A DNA stretch of 53,823 nt from a virus (lineage: Duplodnaviria; Caudoviricetes). Position numbers and translations under genes: made by a program. Position 1 is the stretch's first letter. The number at the start of each line of letters is the position of its first letter. Location: IMG/VR virus record IMGVR_UViG_3300024982_000001, positions 1 through 53,823 of that record; one strand, 5' to 3'. Shown here in pieces: positions 37,083 through 45,780 of the stretch. The notes below the pieces were generated by a model. That model had not been told where the DNA came from and did no database searches. It worked only from the letters and a program-made list of their open reading frames with translations.

Positions 37083-37562
37083 TTATTTTTTAAGTGATTC
37101 TAAACCTTTAGCAATAAGGGCTTCAAGGCGTGCTTGTTTTTCAGGTCCAAAACCATCTGGTAACATAACCGGATTGTCTCTATCTCCCTGAAGCATTAAT
37201 TTTGGAGTTGGATATAATGCTTCCAGCTTGGAAATTTCCTTTTTGATATTGTTTACAACTGCCATTCCTTTCGGTGTGCCTTTGTATTCATCTTTCATGC
37301 TGCGGATATCTTGCTTTAGTTCAGCGATACGAAGAGATCGCTTTTGCTCAATCGTTGCTTCCTCCTCTTCATGCCAAACCTTATATGCTTTTTGGAGCAG
37401 GTTCTTTGCTTGGCGCAATCCAATAGGTTTGCCATCGGATTTTAAAAACTGTTGTTGGCATTGCTTTAAAATCAAATAATCTTGCACACCGTTAATTATC
37501 CACCCTTGGATGGTGAACACACGGTTTGCTGTTTCTAAATTACTTGCTTTAGCACCTGGCAT
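37083..37562 (-). CDS. Putative terminase small subunit
   Basis: N-terminal HTH-like region, EISKLEAL and a LQGDRDNPV tail typical of TerS; upstream of terL. Confidence 0.55.
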   Translation of the reverse strand: MPGAKASNLETANRVFTIQGWIINGVQDYLILKQCQQQFLKSDGKPIGLRQAKNLLQKAYKVWHEEEEATIEQKRSLRIAELKQDIRSMKDEYKGTPKGMAVVNNIKKEISKLEALYPTPKLMLQGDRDNPVMLPDGFGPEKQARLEALIAKGLESLKK

Positions 37563-37567
37563 GATGT

Positions 37568-37804
37568 TTATGTATTTGGATACATTGCCTTAATCACGGA
37601 AATATGACGGCTTAACTCATAGATTCTATCACGAAGTTTGATAGCTTCACGCTCACGCATAACACGAATTTCTTCGCTACTTTCTGTTATTGCTCCAGGC
37701 TCGTAGGCTTTTAATGCTGCTTCGCAAATCTTCTTCTCTTCCTCAAGATAGGTAACGATTTTGTCCCTCATTTCTATAAGTATTTGATAGTTAATATTTG
37801 CCAT
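37568..37804 (-). CDS. Hypothetical coiled-coil protein
   Basis: ATG ORF within the operon. Confidence 0.6.
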   Translation of the reverse strand: MANINYQILIEMRDKIVTYLEEEKKICEAALKAYEPGAITESSEEIRVMREREAIKLRDRIYELSRHISVIKAMYPNT

Positions 37805-37855
37805 TTATGATAGTAGTTTTGGTTTTAACGGCACAAAAATACACCAAAACTTTTA

Positions 37856-39325
37856 TTATAATGAAGCCAAAGCTTCCAAGTCTTCACCTAAATTTAACTC
37901 AGGATAATTCTCTTTGATTTTCTTCGGGTCGCCTTTGTAAAACACCAATACGTTCTGGTGCATCTTACCAACTTTACGACCACCATTGAATTGACGACGT
38001 ACACGAATAGCCAAACTGCCTACAACGTTAACCAATATGATTTCGTTGTATAATTCCATTCCGGCTTCTTTAAAGGCTTGGATAGTATCGCTAACGAAGT
38101 TGTAATAGAAGCCTTTTTTATCGCGCACATCACCTACAACGAAACAAGCAAAACGATCATCGTTCAGCTGGGCAACTGATTTCTTGATGATGCTGAAGTA
38201 TATTTCCTTGAACTTTTCATAAGGCATGTTCGAAAGGTCGTTCGGATCATCGCTGTATTTCTCCAAATCGGCATAAGGAGGGCAGCTCATAAGGAAGTCT
38301 GAAGGTAACGGCATCATGTCTAAAACCTCGTTACTGTCACCAGTAGTCCATTCTACATCTTTCAGCCCTAAAATAGATGCTTGCTTCCTGTTTGCCTCTA
38401 CCTGGTCCTCTCTTAAATCAATTCCTTTGTATGGATATCCAAGCACTCCGGCAACTACACCACGAACAGAACCACCAGCGAAAGGGTCTAGTACAGAACC
38501 TCCGTTAGTACAGAACCATCTGTACAGAAGCTCACAAAGAACTGGGTCAAAGATGCTGGCTCCTTCATAGACATGCATTCCTTTTTGCTTGGCATAGTCA
38601 ATGATTTCATCCCATGACGGCTCACGCTTCAATGTTTCACGCATTTTGTTTCGTAGTTCGTATATGGCGGTTGATTGGCCACTCTTAGCGATTAGCTCAA
38701 CATCTTCTCGGGTTTCCTGTGAGTTGAAACCTAACGCTAACCATTTGCGCTTGCGCTCCTGCCATACGCCGGAACGTGTATCAAGTATCGAGAAAGGAGG
38801 GAAGATAAAACTATCTTTTAATGATGAAGGCACAATCGTTTCTCCTTCTTCTCCAAACTCATTTTGCTTAAGCATTCCTTCGAAAGCTATGTTATCAAAA
38901 TCAGGTATGTTCAACATTCCCTGTAATTCCGGAAAGTCCAAATCAAAGTTTTGTACAAACTCAAGCAATCCCTGTTGCGTTATCCTGGCATAAGCAGATG
39001 AATAAATCAAAACTAATTCTGCAGCCTCTTTCATATTGCCACAATCAATGAATGTCGCCGGGAGCATGTCCGGCACAGTTGCGCCAGATTCCGATACCTT
39101 TTTCAAATCCAAAAACCTATGACGGCCATCTAAGCAATACAAAATGCCTTCATGCTCCCAAACCTTGAAAGGGTCAACAAACTGATACTTCAGTATAGAT
39201 TCCAACAGCTTTACATCGCCATTGTTTATCCATTCCTTGAAGTTTTCCTGTTGTATAAATTGAAGATTTCTCCAGTTGATTAGTTCGGTTTTGATTACTC
39301 TGGATTCGATTGATTGTGGGATCAT
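37856..39325 (-). CDS. ParB-like domain fused to an amino (N4C/N6A) DNA methyltransferase
   Basis: LDGRHR, VLDPFAGGS and SCPPY motifs. Likely start MIPQS. Confidence 0.82.
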   Translation of the reverse strand: MIPQSIESRVIKTELINWRNLQFIQQENFKEWINNGDVKLLESILKYQFVDPFKVWEHEGILYCLDGRHRFLDLKKVSESGATVPDMLPATFIDCGNMKEAAELVLIYSSAYARITQQGLLEFVQNFDLDFPELQGMLNIPDFDNIAFEGMLKQNEFGEEGETIVPSSLKDSFIFPPFSILDTRSGVWQERKRKWLALGFNSQETREDVELIAKSGQSTAIYELRNKMRETLKREPSWDEIIDYAKQKGMHVYEGASIFDPVLCELLYRWFCTNGGSVLDPFAGGSVRGVVAGVLGYPYKGIDLREDQVEANRKQASILGLKDVEWTTGDSNEVLDMMPLPSDFLMSCPPYADLEKYSDDPNDLSNMPYEKFKEIYFSIIKKSVAQLNDDRFACFVVGDVRDKKGFYYNFVSDTIQAFKEAGMELYNEIILVNVVGSLAIRVRRQFNGGRKVGKMHQNVLVFYKGDPKKIKENYPELNLGEDLEALASL

Positions 39326-39362
39326 AAAGTTTGAAAATTTTTGCTTTGGAAATATTATGAAA

Positions 39363-39404
39363 CAAATGTAGCAAAATATGATAATCTTTTGCATATTATG
39401 ATAC
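39363..39404 (-). promoter_or_regulatory. -7 promoter element with paired TAGCA-N-TGATA operators
   Basis: TACATTTG at 39363-39370; boxes at 39369-39384 and 39389-39404. Confidence 0.7.
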
Positions 39405-39407
39405 AAA

Positions 39408-39431
39408 TAAAAACCGCCTAGTTAGGGCGGT
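39408..39431 (-). terminator. Terminator ending the early operon
   Basis: accgcc...ggcggt stem with a U-run on the minus strand. Confidence 0.7.
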
Positions 39432-39536
39432 CATTTGTTAAATTATTGATAATCAGTTAATGTTTACACATTGTGCACTTTCCATCTTTGAATATCTGCA
39501 TGGAGAAACAGCGCTTACAGTATTTGAACATAGTGT

Positions 39537-39746
39537 TTAGTTTTGTAATTCAAAGCGTCCGTTTATGTCGAAAGCGAGTGAATTAGTTATTATTTCTTCT
39601 AATTCATCTACCAAATCGGGTTCTTCTTCGAACTCATACGCTCCGGTCCGGATATTCCATTCTGCATGGAAACATGAATTATCTAATCTGAATTGAAAAA
39701 CATTTGCATCGATTGTTGATGAAGGTGTGAATAGGAGAGTGGCCAT
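39537..39746 (-). CDS. Hypothetical acidic protein
   Basis: ATG ORF. Confidence 0.55.
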   Translation of the reverse strand: MATLLFTPSSTIDANVFQFRLDNSCFHAEWNIRTGAYEFEEEPDLVDELEEIITNSLAFDINGRFELQN

Positions 39747-39802
39747 AATATTGCTTTTAGATTGTTATCGTTGAGCAATATTGGGTTGACTCTTTTGAAG
39801 TA

Positions 39803-40159
39803 TCAAGGAATCACTAAAAAATATTTGATTACATCACTTGTGCCGTATTCTATAAATCCTTTCTTTTCAATCAGATGTTTTTTAAGTCCTTCATTCGTGA
39901 ACTCTCGGATGATGAGTGCTCTATTATCTCTCTTACATGAATTCTCAAACCATTGAAGCACATCTGTAAAATGTCCGTTGCCAGGATTACTGTTTATGAC
40001 TGATAAAATCTCATAAGCTTTTTCTTTACAACACCATAGGCCTTCAACAGTTCCAATTCTAAAAGCATTCCATATTGTCGTTGGGTCAAACTGCCGATGA
40101 TACGTTGCTGTTTCAAAGTCAAGTTTATGTTCGGATTCAAATTGTGTAGATGTACTCAT
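39803..40159 (-). CDS. Possible GNAT-fold acetyltransferase
   Basis: SVINSNPGNGHF (motif A-like) and N...LIEKKGF (motif B-like). Confidence 0.45.
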   Translation of the reverse strand: MSTSTQFESEHKLDFETATYHRQFDPTTIWNAFRIGTVEGLWCCKEKAYEILSVINSNPGNGHFTDVLQWFENSCKRDNRALIIREFTNEGLKKHLIEKKGFIEYGTSDVIKYFLVIP

Positions 40160-40530
40160 TTTTTTCTTTTCATTATTGGTACTAACGTTTTCTTTCTTGA
40201 AGGTGTTGCAGCTTTCTTTTCTTCTTGCGTCATGATCAACTGCTTTTCAAAATCAAATAGTTTTCTGGACACAATAACTTTATCAAAGTTTTTTGTTAGT
40301 CTCTGCCAAAATTTCCAATGCTTCCCACATAGAATAAACCTTTCGTTTATGGAGAAAAAGCTATATCTTCTGTCCCAATATTCCGGACCGATTCCATAAT
40401 CTCGCACCTTCGTTCCTCTGCAGCATCCTTTGGCTTCACAAATCCACCAAACCAATTTGAATTCTACCACGTCGAGTTCTTCCTTCGACATTGCTTTTAA
40501 TTCCGCTATGGCTTCTTGCTCATTCTCCAT
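40156..40530 (-). CDS. Hypothetical Cys-containing protein
   Basis: CEAKGC...LCGKH; overlaps its neighbours. Confidence 0.55.
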   Translation of the reverse strand: MENEQEAIAELKAMSKEELDVVEFKLVWWICEAKGCCRGTKVRDYGIGPEYWDRRYSFFSINERFILCGKHWKFWQRLTKNFDKVIVSRKLFDFEKQLIMTQEEKKAATPSRKKTLVPIMKRKK

Positions 40531-41137
40531 CAGGTTCTATTTCGCCTCGTTCAACCATATCTTTATACTCTTGCTCCCAAATTGGAGAAAGTTCATCATA
40601 ACATGGTTGACAAAACCAACATCCCTCGCTATCGGTTGTCATTGTATCAATGTCAAAAGGTTGAGTACACGATTCACATTTTTGCAGACAAATATCTGGC
40701 TCCCAAAATGACAGCTTACCTTTCACGTTTAAAATTGGCTTATCGTATAACACTGGATTGGCTAGCACCCAATTGTAGATTGGTTTGCCGATTGGCTTTT
40801 CTCCTTCGGTTTCATCTGCTTCATACATGAATGTTTTCTCCGCCCAAATACTCGGATGATTGATTACGCAATCCACGATGTCAACTTCTCCAATGATAGC
40901 TGATGTTGGTCTATTTGGATAATAGCTTTTATTTCCTGCCTTAACCATTGTCGTTTTGCTTTGAACTTCTATGAGTTGTTCTGGACTTAGATTGGCAAAA
41001 AAACTTCCCATATCTTTAGCTGAAGCATGGATATAAATCCTGCCTCGAAAGTGAGTTTTCCAAGTTCTGTTCTCGATGTCTTTTATGCCGGAAGCAATTA
41101 ATGATGCCCATGGCTGTTTTATTGATAGTGCTTTCAT
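40520..41137 (-). CDS. ASCH-domain protein with C-terminal zinc finger
   Basis: MKALSIKQPWA...GIKDIENRTW...RGRIYIHAS; CESC...CQPC. Confidence 0.88.
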   Translation of the reverse strand: MKALSIKQPWASLIASGIKDIENRTWKTHFRGRIYIHASAKDMGSFFANLSPEQLIEVQSKTTMVKAGNKSYYPNRPTSAIIGEVDIVDCVINHPSIWAEKTFMYEADETEGEKPIGKPIYNWVLANPVLYDKPILNVKGKLSFWEPDICLQKCESCTQPFDIDTMTTDSEGCWFCQPCYDELSPIWEQEYKDMVERGEIEPDGE

Positions 41138-41138
41138 G

Positions 41139-41543
41139 TTAATTAGTTTTTAAAGTTCGTTCCCAATCAATTCTTAAATCTGCACCGTTTCTTCTTGATA
41201 ATTCATGTTTGCCTCTTTCTAAATCTATACAGGATTTTTTACAACCTCGTTTACTCCAAAAATCATATAAATCACCTGCAAATATTAAATTGCTTGGTGC
41301 TTTCTTTTCATTTTTAAAGTCTAACAAAGAATAAACTGGACTATCTTTCAAATCTTTTAATGCGGATTCACAATCGAAATAAGAACCCATTTCTACTCGA
41401 TGTGATAATAGTTCAAAATCGGCATCTATGTCTAAACTTCTGACTACACATCCATAATTTTCTGTTCTTGCAATAAGTTCCATTGGTAATAATTCACCAA
41501 CAAAATATATTTTTTGCGCTTCTTTTAGGTCTTTGTAATTCAT
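41139..41543 (-). CDS. Hypothetical protein
   Basis: Tiled ORF; ELSRRN motif. Confidence 0.6.
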   Translation of the reverse strand: MNYKDLKEAQKIYFVGELLPMELIARTENYGCVVRSLDIDADFELLSHRVEMGSYFDCESALKDLKDSPVYSLLDFKNEKKAPSNLIFAGDLYDFWSKRGCKKSCIDLERGKHELSRRNGADLRIDWERTLKTN

Positions 41544-41902
41544 AATTTCTGTCCTTTACAGTTTTCACATTGAACATCACATCCTCTTTCGTTGTGACAA
41601 TCAAAAGTAGGAGGCTTTATCTTTTCTTCTCGCTTTTTAAGTCCTTTCAAGATAAGGATTTCATCGTTAACCTTTTCGTTGTTTAATCCGTGCTCGAGTA
41701 GAAAGTCTTGGATGGCTTCGAACTTCATTATCTCGATGAAGGCAATTTTTTCAGTTTTTATAAGATTAAATATTTCAGAGATTAGTTTTTTAAAATTGTC
41801 GGCTTCATCTCTAGTTGGAAGTTTGTCTTCATAAAACTTACCCATTAAAAAATGAATCAGGATATCATCTTTTGTAATTGTATTTTCAGTTGGCTTTGAC
41901 AT
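41540..41902 (-). CDS. Hypothetical protein with Cys-rich C-terminus
   Basis: C...CDVQCENC. Confidence 0.6.
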   Translation of the reverse strand: MSKPTENTITKDDILIHFLMGKFYEDKLPTRDEADNFKKLISEIFNLIKTEKIAFIEIMKFEAIQDFLLEHGLNNEKVNDEILILKGLKKREEKIKPPTFDCHNERGCDVQCENCKGQKL

Positions 41903-41913
41903 AATTAATTTGG

Positions 41914-42339
41914 CTATTTGGTTAATAGTAAATTCAATCGTTTTCCTTGAATTTCCTCATAAAGAGTTGATCCGTTTTGCGTGATAGCGTAAGGAAGAAA
42001 CACTTCGGACACATCCGCTAATTCAGATTCTACCAATGCCATTTGTGCTTCAACCCAATCTTTAATAATTCGCCATGAAGTTCGAACTGCCTGCTCTTTA
42101 TTCTGATAGGTTTTCGGTACCTTCTGTTTTTCCATGGCTTTCATAACTCCTTTATATCGTGCAGGTAGTTTGAAACCAATAAGTTTTCCATTCATTTCAA
42201 TAGTGAAATTCAACGATACAGGAGTGCCCTCTTCATAGTCAGTCATTATTGATTTTGCGCCATGCATTGACAAACACTTGGATATTTCACCAAGTGTTTT
42301 GTGATAGTCAATTTTTGTGCTGTAGTTTAGAATTGGCAT
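41914..42339 (-). CDS. Conserved phage hypothetical protein
   Basis: QAVRTSWRIIKDWVEAQ...EVFLPY pattern. Confidence 0.7.
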   Translation of the reverse strand: MPILNYSTKIDYHKTLGEISKCLSMHGAKSIMTDYEEGTPVSLNFTIEMNGKLIGFKLPARYKGVMKAMEKQKVPKTYQNKEQAVRTSWRIIKDWVEAQMALVESELADVSEVFLPYAITQNGSTLYEEIQGKRLNLLLTK

Positions 42340-42341
42340 GG

Positions 42342-42638
42342 CTATTCTTTTTTATCGATGAAGTGGACAATATCTACTGCTTGAATAAAGAATAAGCAAA
42401 CGCCCATCATCATAAAAAGCCAATGTCTCCATCCCCAATGCCATGTTGGTTCGTGCGCATCACATGCAGCAAAATTGCAAAACTGATACTGATTCCAATT
42501 TATCTTTAATCCGCTGCCCTTACACTTCCAATCTCCTAAAATTCCGTGCAGGCAATCTCCAATAAGGCTGACTGTAATTGCAGCTACAAAGACCATTATT
42601 ACTCTTAATGATACCAATGCTAATTTTTTTGTTTTCAT
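42342..42638 (-). CDS. 2-TM membrane protein
   Basis: Two hydrophobic segments and a WHWGWRHW motif. Confidence 0.6.
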   Translation of the reverse strand: MKTKKLALVSLRVIMVFVAAITVSLIGDCLHGILGDWKCKGSGLKINWNQYQFCNFAACDAHEPTWHWGWRHWLFMMMGVCLFFIQAVDIVHFIDKKE

Positions 42639-42641
42639 ATT

Positions 42642-43769
42642 TTAAGAGTTTAACATTACCGGCATAACCAGCATTATCAATTCCTCCCCTTCTTCATAGT
42701 TATTCTCGGGTCTTACGATACCGGCTCTGTTTGGCATTGAAGTTTCAAGAACAATTCTTGAATCGTCAACATTGTTCAATGCCTCTGCTAAAAATCGTGC
42801 GTTAAAACCGATTTCGATATCTCCGCTGGATGGCATTGGCTCACACACTAAAGATTCTTTTCCATTAGTGCTATAATCGATATCCTCCGCTACTAAATTC
42901 AATACTGTTCCCTTTTGTTTGATTGCTACCTGGTGTGTAGTTTTATTTGAGAATAGCGAAACCCTTTTCAAGCTGCTTGACAATTCTGCAGTATCAACAG
43001 CAAATTGATTCTGATTTTCTTTTGGAATTACAGCCTCGTAGTTTGGATATTTAGCATCCACCAACCTTGTTTTCAATTCATAATCACCAAAGCTGAATGA
43101 TGTATTATGAGCATTGTATTGGATATCTACATTCTCTGAATCGATGCTTGCTAAAACTCCTTTCAGGATATTCAATGGTTTTTTAGGTACCACAAAATCA
43201 ATATCGTCGTTTGCAAAATGGTCCGTTCTGCTGAACTTAACCAATCGATGTGCATCGGTAGCTACAAATGTCATTCCTGTAGTTCTCATTTGGAATAATA
43301 CGCCATTCATAACTGGTCTTAGTTCATCATTGCCACATGCAAAAACGGTCTTTTTAATGGCGCGTTCCAATACATCTGCTGGCAATGTAATTGTTGAAGG
43401 ATTTTCTACCTCTGTTGCTTTTGGATATTCATCGCCATTGTGATAAGCAATAGAATAGTTTCCGGAAGAAGAAATAATTTCTATTTGATTATTGTCCAGG
43501 ATTTGGAGTTCAATCGGTTGTGATGGAAGCGCTTTCAATATGTCGATTAGCAATTTCGCCGGAATACAAATGCTTTTCAATCCTTGGCTTTCAATTTCCA
43601 TTTTGGCGATCATTGTCGTTTCCAAATCAGATGCGGTTATCTTCAATGCTTTGCCATCCAACTCGAAAAGGAAGTTTTCTAAAATTGGCAATGTGCTGTT
43701 GCTTGGTGCCACTCCTGATAAATACTGAATTCTCTCTAATAATACTTTACTGTTTAATTTGATGTTCAT
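42642..43769 (-). CDS. dnaN: DNA polymerase III beta sliding clamp
   Basis: TLPILENFL, ASDLET, VATDAHRL, YPNYEAVIP, IGFNARFL and LVMPVM motifs; 375 aa. Confidence 0.96.
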   Translation of the reverse strand: MNIKLNSKVLLERIQYLSGVAPSNSTLPILENFLFELDGKALKITASDLETTMIAKMEIESQGLKSICIPAKLLIDILKALPSQPIELQILDNNQIEIISSSGNYSIAYHNGDEYPKATEVENPSTITLPADVLERAIKKTVFACGNDELRPVMNGVLFQMRTTGMTFVATDAHRLVKFSRTDHFANDDIDFVVPKKPLNILKGVLASIDSENVDIQYNAHNTSFSFGDYELKTRLVDAKYPNYEAVIPKENQNQFAVDTAELSSSLKRVSLFSNKTTHQVAIKQKGTVLNLVAEDIDYSTNGKESLVCEPMPSSGDIEIGFNARFLAEALNNVDDSRIVLETSMPNRAGIVRPENNYEEGEELIMLVMPVMLNS

Positions 43770-43792
43770 GGTTTCTATTTTAATTTGTTAGT

Positions 43793-45172
43793 TTATGCAG
43801 CTTCTTCGTTCTGCGTTAGTAATTTTGAATCTTCTTCTTTTAATTTTTTGAATTCCTCCACCAGTTTCGATATCTTTTTGATATTTCTTTTGATGATATC
43901 AATAATCTCGTCATGGTATTGGGTTGGTTTGTTGTCAATGCCTCTTGCTTGAATAATTTTGAAGCTGGAAAGCGATAATTCTATTGTTTCGAGTCGTTTT
44001 CCACCCAGTCTTGCCGACATTAACAGTATTCCGGCTTTTTTATGATATCCGTTTGTGTGCACACAATGCTTCAATATCTTGCCTTCCTGTTTCACATCTT
44101 CCTCCTCGATTAGAGTTACAATTTTCATTTTGCCTTTCTCAAGTGCGAAATCCTTAAAGACTTCAAGTTTCATATCAATCAGGATTTTGTCTTTGGCTGC
44201 CTGTTCTCGTTCCCTTTCTTGGCGAACCAATTCCCTTTGGGCAATTTCTTTATCCGTCTTCTTCTGTTTTTTAGCTACATAAAAATTGTGAGCACGCTTC
44301 AGATTTTTAGGAAGAATGAACTTTGGACTTCTGATGTCTTTGCCAAACTCCACAAGCAGCTTGAGGTAGTCATACCAAATTCCGGCATCTGAAACTTTAT
44401 ATTTATTCCTGAGCATGATTCTAATTTGTGGCCAGTAACTATTGTAATGGGAATCTTTATGCACTGCATGAAGCAGCAATTCGTATTGGCGAGCTTTTAA
44501 CAAAGTTTCTATCCTTGGTTGCAACTCGATTTTGCGAATCAAATATCTCCAATCGCAATCGTGACCGCTGTGCTTATTAAAAGCATATTTGTCGAATCGA
44601 GGTAAAAATTCTGCTCCAGGGCAATTGTAATCTGATGCGAAACGATCATATTCAGTCATACCTCCATACTGCGATTTATTTCTTCTAACTTCATAATCGC
44701 TAGAAGTAAATCCATCACCGGTCCAAGTTGTATTTCTCCCCACAACAACTTTTTTGTTTTTTTCGTAGTCGGTCCACTCTTCAAATACACTACGGAAATG
44801 GTGCACAGGCTTTTTGTTTTTGTACATCCACTTCCAGCAAGTAAAATATCTTACAACCTGAAATCTTTCTACTACTTGCACAACGGAATAACTTATGATT
44901 TTAAGAAAATCTCCATTATTTATGGTAATCTTCTTTAGTTTCTGATTACATGATGGACACGTAACTTGGTGAAGCCTATTAGTTGAATTCTTTTTCCAAA
45001 AGACTTCTCCTGGCTTCCATGTATGATTGCACTCCAAACACACTAAATTTTTGTAGTGAGTAGTGTAGTACAATTGATGTTTTGAAATTACAAAAGGCTC
45101 ATGTTCCTTTGGATTAGGAAGAGTTTTGTGCAACTTCCAAACTTCAATCTGTAGTTTAGTCGATGGTATCAT
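43793..45172 (-). CDS. PcfJ-like protein
   Basis: CLEC/CPSC zinc finger, WYDYL, AHN, EGKILKHCV, ETIEL and QARG..N motifs. Confidence 0.85.
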   Translation of the reverse strand: MIPSTKLQIEVWKLHKTLPNPKEHEPFVISKHQLYYTTHYKNLVCLECNHTWKPGEVFWKKNSTNRLHQVTCPSCNQKLKKITINNGDFLKIISYSVVQVVERFQVVRYFTCWKWMYKNKKPVHHFRSVFEEWTDYEKNKKVVVGRNTTWTGDGFTSSDYEVRRNKSQYGGMTEYDRFASDYNCPGAEFLPRFDKYAFNKHSGHDCDWRYLIRKIELQPRIETLLKARQYELLLHAVHKDSHYNSYWPQIRIMLRNKYKVSDAGIWYDYLKLLVEFGKDIRSPKFILPKNLKRAHNFYVAKKQKKTDKEIAQRELVRQEREREQAAKDKILIDMKLEVFKDFALEKGKMKIVTLIEEEDVKQEGKILKHCVHTNGYHKKAGILLMSARLGGKRLETIELSLSSFKIIQARGIDNKPTQYHDEIIDIIKRNIKKISKLVEEFKKLKEEDSKLLTQNEEAA

Positions 45173-45177
45173 AGTAA

Positions 45178-45750
45178 TTAAAATAAAGATCCTTGGCCTA
45201 CTGTTTCTTCTTCGTTTTTAGCTTCCGGAACTTCTCCATCTGTTGTTGCCGGAACTGGAGTAGCCTTTGCTTTCGCTTTTTTCTTGTCAAGCATTTTTTT
45301 CCTTGCATCTTCAACAGCTAATTCGATTGCTTTTTCTCGTGCTTCAGCTTTATCTTCTTCGCTCAATTCTACTTTGTAATCGAGTTTAACCTTTTTCTTT
45401 TCGTCTTCGATAAATCTCTCGATAGCTGTTGCTCTTGCTTCGGCCATTTCTGTTTCACTAAGTTTGATTTCCTTATTAACAACAACTTTTCCCGGAGTAG
45501 TAGGTATGTTTTTAATATTATCTTCATCGTAGTAATGAACTGCCCAACCGAAAACTTCTTCATCAGCATAACCTTCTCTTTTGCCTTCTTTAGCACATTT
45601 CATTACATAATTACAGCACTCTTTCAGGGTTTTGTTTGCTTTAGCATAGGTTACTGCAAACAATTCATCCTCTGCAGCACGTTTGTCAAGATAGTCTTTG
45701 ATGCTTTGCTCAAATGGATTCAACTTTGTTTCTTTTTTTTCTGTTGACAT
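45178..45750 (-). CDS. PcfK-like (AcrIIA9-related family) protein
   Basis: FEQSIKDYLDKRAAEDELFA...KTLKECCNYV...DEEVFGWAVHYYDEDNI...QGSLF. Confidence 0.82.
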   Translation of the reverse strand: MSTEKKETKLNPFEQSIKDYLDKRAAEDELFAVTYAKANKTLKECCNYVMKCAKEGKREGYADEEVFGWAVHYYDEDNIKNIPTTPGKVVVNKEIKLSETEMAEARATAIERFIEDEKKKVKLDYKVELSEEDKAEAREKAIELAVEDARKKMLDKKKAKAKATPVPATTDGEVPEAKNEEETVGQGSLF

Positions 45751-45780
45751 AATTTCTCGTGTATTAAATTTGATTGTTTA

